Source: Podarcis muralis
Taxonomy: Eukaryota
Assembly: GCF_964188315.1 (NCBI RefSeq)
Contig: NC_135656.1
Coordinates: forward strand, 51,274,001-51,338,000
Length of the DNA stretch: 64,000 bases
Direction: 5' to 3'
The notes under the pieces: model-generated
Seen by the model: only the letters and a program-made list of their open reading frames with translations
Told to the model about the DNA's origin: nothing
Database searches by the model: none
Position numbers and translations under genes: made by a program
In this document: positions 13,147 to 24,874 of the stretch, piece after piece
How positions within the stretch are numbered: the stretch's first letter is position 1
Layout: each line of letters begins with the position of its first letter

Positions 13147-13275
13147 CATTATCAGCAGGTATTTTTTCATAATGTGGTTTGAATACTAAATTATCCCCAC
13201 CTTCATCAGCCTGGTGCTCTCCAGATAGGCCCTCTATACTGGCTGGAGCTAATGGAAGTTGTAGTCCAAAATATT
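13145..13275 (+). repeat. ~131-bp duplicate of 18330-18461 embedded in the BovB insertion
   Basis: Alignment by eye: about 6 differences (5 substitutions, 1 indel) over ~131 bp, including ~55 bp of non-MITE flank. Confidence 0.92.
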
Positions 13276-13339
13276 TGCTGGAGGAGACTAAAAATTACCT
13301 CTTCAAAATTATCCTGACTATATATGAAATGAGTGATCC

Positions 13340-13600
13340 AGATGTGGTATCTGAAAGGCATATGCCAATCAAATACACGATACTTGAGACAATTTTTTTT
13401 AGGAGCTGCAACAATTGCCTGGGAGAGGTACAACAAATCATCAGGAGTACCAAAGTGGCTTCTGAAATCTTGGGAGACAATAAGTGACAATGAAAAAACT
13501 TACAGTGATTCGTATGAGAGCGTAAAATAGATTTATGGAAGAACTCTGGGAAAGAGAGTTATAGTTGTTGTTTTTATTACATATGGGATGACAACATAAT
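13340..13600 (+). mobile_element. Old degenerate L1 ORF2 3' remnant
   Basis: Frameshifted translation FLGAATIAWERYNKSSGVPKWLLKSWETI...KLTVIR...FMEELW loosely matches the L1 ORF2 terminus. Confidence 0.45.
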
Positions 13601-13767
13601 GCTGTTCTTTCGGCATAACATGCATTTACCAATTTTTATGTTAACTCAGTTGTGTTGTTTTTCCTCTTTAGTAATGAAAACACTTGTCACCATTCACATC
13701 AAAGAAAATCTCCAATAGGTGTCTGTGGCACACGCAGTTGCATTCCAGGCAGCAATCACAATAAATG

Positions 13768-13845
13768 AGCGAGATGAACACCGCAACCCCAGAGTCGGTC
13801 ACGACTGGACCTAATGGTCAGGGGTCCCTTTACCTTTACCTTTTT
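13768..13845 (+). mobile_element. Sauria SINE 3' fragment
   Basis: gcgagatgaacaccgcaaccccagagtcggtcacgactggacctaatggtcaggggtccctttacctttacc (BovB-shared tail). Confidence 0.88.
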
Positions 13846-15316
13846 AGGAAAGAATCATGTTTTTCCAGGCACAAAATACAACCCTTATAACCCTGTGACA
13901 GAAGCAGAGGAACCTCATAGGGAGATGTGTAGACTGTGGGCAACAAATGTATATAAACTATGTGTTTATTGTACTACTAAATTCTCATCATCTGAGGAGG
14001 TCCTTAGGAATTCTGTCTCATAGTTAATGAAAAATTTAAGGCCCTCTTCAGTTAACTTCATATTTGGCAAATAAGGTTTTTGGTTGTTTGTGTAACCAAC
14101 TAATTTGACATGGAAATTATCAATGAAATGACACTTTCTCCCCTTTTCAGAAAGTCTATACAGTACTGAATACCTTGAAGCGGGAATTATTCAGTAAAAA
14201 TTGCAACTTCCTGTTCCCATTACTTGGCAGCCTTAGCACAGATCTAAATATTACAGTTCCCATGTGGAGACTGCTGAAAAGTCTTTCCCAAATATAGTGC
14301 TTCGTGCAGCAAGATTAATTTTTAAGACTAGCTTATTGCATGCATTACCACGATTGCTTGTAGCATGTAGCAGAGAATTACGTTTGTCCTTTAGTTCCCT
14401 CAAGTACAAGTACATGACAACTGAACAGATTGTTCTGGGCCACCTGTGTGGCAAAGTTAGGTTGTACAAAGGAACGGGTCATTTCATTCCATCATTATTC
14501 TGTGGTGAATGATCCTCTCCACCGCTTCCAAGGCATTGTGTGGGCTAGAAGGGGTTGCATAAATCAGGTCTCCCAGCACAGGCACCTACCGTACATAAAG
14601 AGGTCCTGGCTCACAAAGTGCTAATGTACATAATTATATAGACAAGTCACTAGATGGCATTGGGCTTAGTTGTATCTGGGTGAAATCAGGAATTTCCCAT
14701 TGCTGTTTTTGTTGAAGACAGAATATAAAGTTATTGTCTAGCTTCCTGACTGGTCCTCTAAGACTTCCATGACACTCACACACTTGCTCCCTCCACTGAG
14801 GAACAAAAGTCCACCAGAGTGTGTGAGCTCACTTCAAGGGTTTCTTTTTCAAAAGCATGCCACCAATTCCCAAATACAGTCAATGCTTATACCACTACTA
14901 TAACGACCTTGGAATTGCCACCCTTTACTAAAGAGATTGTTCTAAGGCAACAGCTCAGAACTTTTATTGCTACATAAAGTATATTAATTATTTGAAAATG
15001 TATGGCAAAAAATATGCTTCTCTAGTGTTAAAGAATCTGGTCAGGAAAGGCAGGTCCCACCATCCAGCTTGTCTGATGTCTGGAAAACAAGCTGGTAATG
15101 GAGTTCCACCTTCAGCCTTCACTCCTTGAAACCACAAGCCAGCCACAGATTTATTTATTTTTATAAAAAAATAAAAGCATCAGCACATTGTTGTGCCAGT
15201 AGTTCACACCCATGGGAACTATGTCCCCATCTTTCATCGCCTGCCAATAAAGTTAACAAATCACCTGTTCAGAGGCACAAAAAAAGGCAGGACCAATGCC
15301 TCCAAGGTGGCTTCTA

Positions 15317-15550
15317 CAGTGGTACCTCAGGTTACAGACGCTTCAAGTTACAGACGGTTCAGGTAACAGACTCTACTAACCCAGAAATAGTACCTCGGGT
15401 TAAGAACTTTGCTTCAGGATGAGAACAGAAATTGCGTGGTGGTGGCAGCGGGAGGCCCCATTAGCTAAAGTGGTACCTCGGGTTAAGAACAGTTTCAGGT
15501 TAAGAACGGATCTCTGGAACGAATTAAGTTCTTAGCCAGAGGTACCACTG
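15317..15550. mobile_element. Tc1/mariner (Tigger/pogo-like) MITE, copy 1
   Basis: TIR CAGTGGTACCTC.../...GAGGTACCACTG, TA TSD, internal caggtta repeats; three copies in the window. Confidence 0.92.
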
Positions 15551-17475
15551 TACTTTATATTCTACTTTTGCAGCTATAAAAAAGGTAACTTGCCTTATGA
15601 AAAACTCACTCCTTTGGATATCCTGTTAGCACAGTCCACTGAGTGGAGAGGGGTGGGCTAAGACTTATATTTTGACAATTAGCAAAAAACAAAACAAAAC
15701 CCCAGTTCATAGTCACATCAGATTCCCTATGGGGACCCCAAAGTACCCAGATAAGATGATCCAACTAGTCGCTAATTCTCATCTCATAATAGCAAGAAGT
15801 GGCTGTGTGATACTGAAATAGTGTAACTAGCTGGGTTTTCAACAGAAAATCTATTTTGGGAGCTGGGTGGAGGACTCCTTAACCTTCACTCTGGGAAAGA
15901 ATTATTGCAGATGATCTCACTCAGTGGCTATCAGTGTCCGAGGCTGCAAGATACCTTATGCTCTTGGACTTCTGATCAGTCATGCATCTGCCACGCTAGC
16001 TAATTAAAGCAGCGTCTCTATGCTTTCACCTTCTGCTTCTTATTACTGCTCCCTCTTCCAGATGCATGAAAAAACCTTGTGAGCTGATGCTTATTTGTAA
16101 GCGAAGATGAAAGAAACTCTCACAAGGTAGCTCAGGAAAGGTGGAGAGGATTGAACATTTTAAGCTAGGAAATTTCAAGATATGGGGAGAGGAGAAAGTG
16201 AGTGTTAAGAGTCTAAGGTTATATTTGTGAGAGATGGAACGATGAAAAGCATTTTGAGAAAGGGCCAAATTAGACATGGTAGCCATTTGTAAGAAATATG
16301 TTGCTGATGATGAGAACAGAAAACTCTAAGACCCCTTCCCCCTGCCACACACCTATCTAGTCCTCTACTTTTCACTGCTAGTCAAGCACTGGATGACAAG
16401 GCATCTGTGATTACCACATAGTTTCAGAGGTGAGGACAGAATCCCAGGCCAATGTTCTACTTATCGAATTTTCATTCTTATATAAAATTACATGCAGGAT
16501 TTGAGATACGAGCAACCGAAGAATTTAGAGAATGGATTTGGGGGGCTTAGAAAATGAATGTAGATCTGTTTCAATGCAGCTATTAAGGGAGAATTAAAAA
16601 AAATCAGGGAAGGAGGGATGGGAAGAAGAAAATGTGTAAAAAGAATGATACATACATTTGGAGTGACACAATAATTTGGAAGATTTAATAAGTAAATAAA
16701 AATCCCAGGCTAATGTTGACGCATAACAACAGGAGGTTTTGCCATTTATTACTTTCTTATCCAAACAATTATTATTTGTGCTATGTAATCACTTAACTTT
16801 GGTTTCCTACTCCCCATGACAACCAGATACTTTCCCCGACTCATGCAGGAGTAATCCATTTAGCATATAGCTAATTTAACAGAAATTAAACCTGCATTTA
16901 TGACTTCTATATGGAAGTGGATTTGGTGGTCCAGTTTAAACGGGCTATACTGGAAGAGTGACTTACGCCCAGACTGAGTTGTTCCACACCTGGGCATCAT
17001 ATTGCACTAATATTGTTTTGGGCTAGCCAAGACATTCTGCTACATTAGGCGGAGCAGCAAATAGTTTGTGTGTTTGTGCATATGTGTGTGTACGCACACA
17101 CAAACACACACAGTCTCAAGGTACACAGTATCCCTGAACAGAACTGGCTTTATATAAGTGCTTAAGGCCCCAAAGCACAAAGAACCAAGCCAGGGCCAGG
17201 TCTGGGTATTACCATGAGCCTCAGCATATTCTATGAGCTTATGCATGCTTTGCTCCATGTTTGGCTGCTTTTCTGCATGAGGAATTACTTGTGAGGTTCA
17301 ATCCTATCCATGTTTAAGAAGCACCCAGGGGGAATTATGGGGGATGCTGCTATTGACACACACACACCAGCATCTACCACCTGACGCAACCGCCTCACTT
17401 TGCCTGGTGGACTCACTCTGCGCCTTGCGCTTGGTACTTCTCCCATGGCCTGCAGATGCTTACAGTCACCAAACC

Positions 17476-17654
17476 CAGTGCTTTTTTCTAAAAAAAAAAA
17501 TATGTTTAGGGGTACTCTCATTTTGACACAAGAAAATCACCATTTTATAGTTCAAATTGGGGAAAATAAATATAGTAAATGGACAAAGGTACAAAGATTC
17601 ACAAAATGTTTAGGGGTATGCGCACCCCTGCATCCTCCCAGAAAAAAAGCACTG
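17476..17654. mobile_element. hAT-type MITE (CAGTGCTTTTTT TIR family)
   Basis: TIR cagtgctttttt / aaaaaagcactg; exact 8-bp TSD ACCAAACC at 17468-17475 and 17655-17662. Confidence 0.92.
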
Positions 17655-17954
17655 ACCAAACCCATTCTGATCTCAATATATGAACTTTTTACAAGAAGCT
17701 ACATAAGATTATACGGGCTGAAGCAAAATTGCATGACTGAACAAGTGAACTTTATTTGGAATTTAGAGCTAATTTACTGCAACACAATCTAAGCTTAAAC
17801 CAGCTACTACATAGACAGGCAAAGAGGCCTATACCTCAGTACAGATCTCCATCTTGCGATCAATATTAATAACGGTAATTTTAAAATCCTGGGGAAAACT
17901 GGTAGAAAGTATTCAGAAGCAGTGCTGTCTTCAACTGTGGAGGGACAGCATAGC

Positions 17955-18140
17955 CATCTTTTCCATGAATTTGTCTAATCCTCTTTTAAAGGCTATCCAA
18001 GTTGGTTGCCATCATCACTGCCTCCTGTGGGAAGGAGTTCTACAGATTAAATAAGCGCTACATAAAGAAGTACTTCCTTTTCTGTGTCCTGAATCTTCCA
18101 ACATTCAGCTTCATTGGATGTCCACGAGTTCTAGCATTTC
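17955..18140 (-). mobile_element. CR1 LINE 3' region remnant
   Basis: atttgtctaatcctcttttaaaggctatccaagttgg...aagaagtacttccttt..tgtcctgaatctt, reverse complement of the CR1 ORF2 end. Confidence 0.75.
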
Positions 18141-18382
18141 CCCACCACAATCTTCCCCCAAAACGAGGTATTTATGAATGGTCAATAGTTCAGCAACTAC
18201 TCTTAATGTTTAATAAATTCTTCCCTCCCCCCAGTTAATAATGTTGTTATTAGATTCTGATTGCACATGCACCTGGGATACAAATATAAAATATAAAAGG
18301 CAGTGTGGTTTTATGGCATACAAAATTGCCACATTATCAGCAGGTATTTTTTTCATATTGTGGTTTGAATACTAAATTATCC

Positions 18383-18488
18383 CCACCTTCACCAGCCTGG
18401 TGCTCTCCAGATAGGCCCTCTATGCTGGCTGGAGCTTGTGGAAGTTGTAGTCCAAAATATTCAGAAGGTCCCACGTTGGTGAAGGCTG
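18383..18488. mobile_element. hAT MITE (cagccttc...gaaggctg family), degenerate
   Basis: ccttcaccagcctggtgctctccagat...gaagttgtagtccaaaatat...ttggtgaaggctg; same family as 24737-24874. Confidence 0.75.
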
Positions 18489-18598
18489 AACTACACCAAG
18501 GGGCAGCGCTTCCAGCCTTGCCCACTATGCCCAGCAGAGCTTATGCAGCATTTCTGCCTTGACCTCCCTCAGCTAAGCTCCACTCTCTGCAGTAGCTG

Positions 18599-18640
18599 TG
18601 AATGAATGAATGAATGAATGAATGAATGAATGAATGAATG
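18599..18640. repeat. (TGAA)n microsatellite
   Basis: Perfect tetranucleotide run. Confidence 0.97.
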
Positions 18641-20115
18641 CAAGCTCACAAGGGGCCACAAATTAAAATTATATCCCAACCACAGCAATGCATTGTCATT
18701 TCACAAAGTTCCATTTGGAACTCCACTGCCTTTGCATGGTGGCAAGATGATATGGATTAACAGTTTCTTAGCTGGCATGCATGAAAACTGGGGAGGAAAA
18801 CTACTGGCACATCTGCCTGGGATGGAAAGGCTACAAGTTCAGGGACTGGATTTATATTACATCAGAATGTGTACAAGCTGGGGGTGGGTTCAATATGTGC
18901 CCTGAAGAAACCACTTCCCGGCTGAATTCTGGCCATCTCCCAACAGATGCAGCCTCCTGCACTCCCACTCCCATATCAGGAGCTAGAAATAGCCGAATTG
19001 ATCAGGTTATGTGCACTGCGGCTCCATCTGTACCACTGAATAGGCACATGGCTTGCTGCTCAGTCCCAGCCTTAGGATAGATTGCTACAACTGACATGTC
19101 AGTACTCCAGCTGACACAGATTGCTCAGGGTGTGCCTGGAACATTGCATCTATGGACTTTGGGATAAAACATGTTGAGCACAATGGGTGTAAAGCACTCC
19201 ACACATGCTCTGGTACTGCCGTAGCAGTTCAAACTTATGTGGAGCAACCCTATGCATGTTTACTAGTAAGTATGTTTAGGATTGCAACCTAAATGTGAAA
19301 AATGGTTTATGATATTGTTATGCGCCACCCCAGTCTCTAAGTGGTGAGGGACTCCAGAGGTTGTGTGCTGACCCAGGGGTTCTGTTTCCTTGGAATGAAG
19401 GTCAATAGAGACTGTGAGATCTTTAGGATAAATGGTCTTATTTACACATATATACAATCTGAGTAGGCTCACAGCATTAACAACCCAATAGATCCTGCTT
19501 CCCTTTTAGGTTTCCAAGGGAGCTCCCAAAGTGTAGCACAGAGCAAGACATGCCCCTGTGTCCTCCAGCTTTCAGCATCAGCATCCAGCTCTCTCACACA
19601 ACCACTCTGGCTATTGTTCTCCTAGGGGAGTGTGGAAGAGCACTATTGCCTAGCTCATTTTTCGAGATGCTGATGAACATTTAACTGGCCAACTAAAGTC
19701 ATTACCTTAACAAAGGGGTCTAGTCTGACCTGTTCACCAAGTTCTCTCTTACACATTCTAGCCTCACAGATACAGGATTACAAGAACTGGAAGGAAGCCA
19801 GGGTATCCTCCAGACTGAAGCCCCCAGACCATAACAATATCATAAAAAGCATCTCAAGGGTAGAAATTGGGTTGCATCACCGGGTGAGGAAGGGGAAGAT
19901 TTACACTTTTCTGCATATGCTGTTTTCCACATCTTAATCACTCCCTGATGTAATTATTTGTCCTGCTTGGAAAACTATATTTAACAAACAGCAATTGGGC
20001 CCAGGAATTTAGCTAGGGAAAACAGAATGGGGGAGTGTTAAGCCTGCCTTCCCCTGTAATAGTTGCTCTAAGCCAATTCTTCCTCCCTCTCCACTGCAGC
20101 ATTTCATCTACAGTA

Positions 20116-20354
20116 CAGTGGTACCTCGGGTTACATACGCTTCAGGTTACATACGCTTCAGGTTACACACTCTGCTAACCCAGAAATAGTGCTTCAGGTT
20201 AAGAACTTTGCTTCAGGATGAGAAAAGAAATCGTGCTCCGGCGGCACGGCAGCAGGAGGCCCCATTAGCTAAAGTGGTGCTTCAGGTTAAGAACAGTTTC
20301 AGGTTAAGAACAGACCTCCAGAACGAATTAAGTACTTAACCCGAGGTACCACTG
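20116..20354. mobile_element. Tc1/mariner (Tigger/pogo-like) MITE, copy 2
   Basis: TIR CAGTGGTACCTCGGGTT / AACCCGAGGTACCACTG; TA TSD. Confidence 0.93.
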
Positions 20355-22004
20355 TACTTTGGTTTGGAGCCAGGATGTGAACCTGGGCCTCCCATACCCA
20401 AATTAAACACACTCTCCAATAGGACCCACAGGAAGAGTCTAGGGGCCCTCAATCCTTCTTCTCCCCATAAAATTTTTTGGTAATTGTTTGGTAAAGTTTG
20501 GACTCCAGCTAGATATTTTCCAGTGAGGTGTGGTAGCAGCCACACAGAGTTGGGAAGCAGGGATATGATGCAGCCTTTTATCTGACCAACTCCAGGGTTT
20601 GTTTGCTGTCAGAAGCTTTGAGGTAAAGAGAAAACTAGTGGAAGAGACTGGAATCATGCAGTGGTCTTACTGAATGGTCTTTGAAATGGTACACGGCAGG
20701 TAACAGGCTGACAGGCTTAAGCATACACACACAAACAAACAAACCATTTCCCCAGGGGAGCTCAGAAGCTCTGCACAAGCAAAGCTAAAAGCCCCAACAC
20801 CCTTCTCCATTACCACTCCCACCACCCCCATTGTCTAAATTAAGATGTCTAGCATGGTCTCCTACATGCATAATTCCCCCCCCCCCCCTCAAAAGATTCA
20901 AGGCTGAAGAAACAAATACTGTAAAGCCATTTCACTTCTCCATTACTGTATATTAATGGAGTTCTATTTTCATAGCATTTTAACAGACTTTTAAAAACAG
21001 AGCTTAGAAATGAAATGCTTCCCCCTCTTCTCTTGTCAGATTTGTTTTCTGTAATCTGGAAACGTGCAGGATCCTCTTGCTTCCTGCCCTTATGATAACC
21101 AGTGAAAATACTCTGCTCTATTTGTTTTCTTACATCACCAATTAGTTCTCCGCAGCTCTGGAAGCATGATTTCTTAATTAGCTGTGACACCCTCTGCTGG
21201 CTGGCTCAACAAGAGCTGAAGGAAAACATTACAGGGTCACAGACACAAACGGAATGGCTTGTCGGCTCGTCTGCTCGGTGAGACCAGATGGGATTTGCCT
21301 CTGTCTGCAAGACAGACTATTCATGGCAGTACTTGCTGGAGTTTTAGACTTTCTGCCACTCACTGTCACCCATAGGATTAAGCTGTGGTGGTTAGAAAAT
21401 GGGAATCCACTTTGGCCTCCCTGTCTCCTGAGTGCAGCTCCTTATCCTGCTTCCAGGACAATTTTTTCGACTTCTTTCAGGATAGTAGGAAACAACACGG
21501 GAACATGTGCCTGTGAGAACAATGCCATCATTTTACTTAACAGTTTTGACATTTTCTAATCTAGACTATGCTACACACCTCAGGCATTTTTCATACCAGG
21601 TCTTATAAAGCCTAAATCACATGGGACCCTGACGCCACTTTCCATATTAATGCTTTAAGATTGTTGCACAGGTCCTGCTTTTAGTACCCTCTTCAGTAGA
21701 GGCGCATTATTTTATTTGGTTACTTGTTTAAAACATTTATATATTGCTCCCTTAGCAGTGATTCCAGGGAGGTTCACAGCAAAAGATCAGCACATTAAAA
21801 TACAGAAAATGGGGGGTGGGGGAAACAATGACAGCAAAACCAACCCATTCTACTCAATGCTCAGCATTGGAATTAGCAAATGCTTGGATGAATAAAAAGG
21901 CCTTTAGCATGCGTCAGAAACTTATCAGTCAGTTCCTGCATATGTTGGAGGGGAGTTGGTTTCACAAACTGGGCACCACAATGGGAAGAGTCCTTCCTAC
22001 TGAC

Positions 22005-22258
22005 TGTCACAAGGACTGGCTGGATGTAGAGGAGTGGTGGGAGGCACCAGCTGGGTAACCCCCAAGGGAACCCCTAGGGGAAGAAGGTTCAGAGCCAGGG
22101 GATTGGTGGGAGGACACCAAGGAGAGGTCAGAGGAAGAAGAGGGAGCACACTGGAGGAAGGGGGTGTCAGAACCAAAGAGGCAACAAGGTTTAGTGAACA
22201 GGAAGAGGCTGGGGCAGAGAGCAGTCCTAATTCAGAGGCTGGAGAGGAGGGGAAAGGT
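22005..22258 (+). mobile_element. Probable truncated LTR (Gypsy-like), purine-rich U3
   Basis: Starts TGTCAC; GA-rich gaggagtggtgggaggcaccagctggg...gaagaaggttcagagcc resembles lacertid LTRs; no 3' CA end or TSD found. Confidence 0.5.
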
Positions 22259-22329
22259 ATGTAATACATACTCACAGCCTCCCCACCCACCTGCAAGGCA
22301 GTGAGGAAGCCGGTTGCTTGACCATTAGC

Positions 22330-22445
22330 ACACAAGAAGAGCCTACTGGATCAGGCCCATGACGCATCTAGCCCAGCATCCTGGTCTCAGATGCCTCCAC
22401 CACAAGCAAGACCTGAGTGCAACAGCAAACTCCTTGCTTGCAACA
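22330..22445 (-). mobile_element. CR1-type 3' end fragment
   Basis: aagaagagcctactggatcaggccc..catctagcccagcatcc..cagatgcc. Confidence 0.7.
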
Positions 22446-23487
22446 CCAGTTACGTTCTTGTGAGTACGTATAACATTACTCTCTTAGTTGATTTATAGCC
22501 TTCCCCATCCCATCCCATGTATGGCTAACACTATGAAGTCATGAAAATATATTTTATACTTCTAGGAAGATGATGATTTGAAAGAGCAAAGGTGTTTTGC
22601 CCTGTGATTCATCTAGGAGGTGGCAATGTGTCTTCCTTTCTCATATGAAACTGCCATATACTGAATCATATCATTGCTGCACTGACTAGCAGGAGAAAGA
22701 AACCATCCCAGTCAGGGTAGATCATTTCAAGGCTTTCTTTATCACTGAGCTATGTCCCCTATACTTGGGCGCTTCCAAAATCTTCCTATTCCTTACTGCA
22801 GTACACATGAAATCATATGGAAACCCTGTCACCCACAACATCTGGTCCAGCAGTGGCATTAAAAAAAAAAAAAACCCCACCAAATTATACTTCCTTTTCA
22901 TTTGCAAAATGTATATTTGGCCCTGGACCTCGACTAAACCCCCATCTCAGCCATGAGCTTGCCAGCTAGCAGAGAGCAGCTTGCTTCTTGGCATCAGTTT
23001 ACATGCCTCTTTAAGGACTTGATCCAAAGACTTGATTCACTGTACCAAACTCCTCATCACTTCTCCAAAAGGCAGGGATCTGAAACCCGTCATGGGGCTG
23101 CTAACGTAAGCCAGAGACACCTCTCTTTTTTCCTTTTAGTTGATTGTGACAGTTGCCCTGACTCATCTGTGTGCATGAGTATTATGAACAACCTTGAAAA
23201 CTTGGGCTAGCCCTTGTATTTTTCCTAAGTGATTATCTTAGTCACTCCCAAGCAAAGGCTGTTAATCACAGGGGCCAGATTCATTGTTCTTTATATAGCT
23301 GAGATTGAGCAAAAACTCTTTTATAATCATGGGTGGGTTTGATTGTAATTGTGCTCAAAATTGCATAACAAAACAAGCCAGTTCAGAGAAATGAGTCTGA
23401 AATCCAGCACCCTGTTTTAGGACTATCCATCTCTATTCTTTTACTTTGGCTTACCGTACTAGTAGTGACCTATGTCTCTTTTGGCTA

Positions 23488-23519
23488 GGTAAAAGGTAAA
23501 GGTAAACGTACCCCTGCCC
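23488..23519 (-). mobile_element. 32-bp Sauria SINE/BovB-type 3' tail insertion
   Basis: ggtaaaaggtaaaggtaaacgtacccctgccc, flanked by 12-bp TSD CTCTTTTGGCTA at 23476-23487 and 23520-23531. Confidence 0.85.
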
Positions 23520-23756
23520 CTCTTTTGGCTAACCCTACACTAAATAGATATCTAGAAGGATTTGTAACTGATTTTTTAAATTATTTTTTATTATGAACAG
23601 ATGGTTTTTCAATGAATCTGTGACCCAAGAGGATCATGGAATCCTTATTATAGAATAAAACTTGCAAGCTCATATTGAGTTCCTCAGTCATAGCAAAATG
23701 GGCAGCCCTTTCTAGACAGAGATCCTCTTGGACCCAGATCTCACCATCGAGATAGG

Positions 23757-23887
23757 CATGGGCATAGTCAAGGGGTAGCAAGGGGGCAGCTGCCCCTCTA
23801 GATCAAGTAAAACAACAGGAATACTAAACTAACTGACCAATCATGTTGCTTCTGCCCCCCATAACAAAAATCCTGGCTATGCCCATG
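23757..23887. mobile_element. hAT-type MITE (CATGGGCATAG TIR)
   Basis: 16-bp TIR catgggcatagtcaag / cctggctatgcccatg (2 mismatches); exact 8-bp TSD GAGATAGG at 23749-23756 and 23888-23895. Confidence 0.9.
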
Positions 23888-24736
23888 GAGATAGGTCACC
23901 TCTATAAAACCTCCCTTGAGTGTGGGAGGAAAATGGCAAGGATCTTTATGCTGCAGCAAGACTTTGCTTTGATGAAAGAGACATGTAATGCCAAATGCAA
24001 TTTGGATCTCCTTTCCCAACAGAAACCATGCACAGTCAGATGTTCATAATTTGGGTGGTGTATATGCTGCAGAACCACCCTCGCCACATTCTAGGCAGGC
24101 ATGCAACCTTCACTCTCAGGATGGAGGAGAACCTGTTCTTTGGCTTTTCAGTGGAAGCCAGCCTGATGCTGCACAGCTTGGCTAGACCTTGAGCCCCCCT
24201 CAATTGTCAAAGCAGTTTTGAAGTTTTAAAAAGGCATCTGAAGCATATATACGTACATGACACGTGCTTGAAAAACAAAAGTAACATATAGGACTCAGGA
24301 CGCCTGGGGGATGGGAGAGACAGCAGAGGGTCTAGAGGTTGCATGTGTTTCACTGGAGGAATGAAGGTGGTGGTCTGGGGACCAGAGCTCACCCTATAAG
24401 GGGAAGCACCACACCACTCTTGTTTGAAGGATCCTACAAGATGGATCTGAATGGACAGCAGGCTGGACAAAGACATTAAATCGTTCCCAACAGTGGCATA
24501 AAAACTTGCACTTTAAAAGAGAACAACTTTCATTTTTCTCTTGGTGAAACCAGGAGGACTAGATTCTAACGCCACTTTTGTTTATGTTTTAACGTTACCA
24601 GCAGGTTCTAACATTTGATATACGGCTATATCTCACTTGGCACAACTGTTACATCTGCTTGCATACAATTACACACCTAACAAACTGGGCTTTTCTCTAT
24701 TTTTGTTAAAATTTGCAGCAGTACCATATTCTAGAG

Positions 24737-24874
24737 GAGCCTTCCCCAATGTGGTGGTCTCCAGATGTTGTGGGATTACAGTTCCCATCATCTCTGACCA
24801 TTGGCCATGCTGGCTGGGGCTGATGGGAACTTGAGTTCCACAACAAATGGAGGTCACCAGCTTGGGAAAGGCTG
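24737..24874. mobile_element. hAT (Charlie-like) MITE
   Basis: Near-palindromic body; flanks TTCTAGAG / CTCTAGAG match the Charlie-type target preference. Confidence 0.85.
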
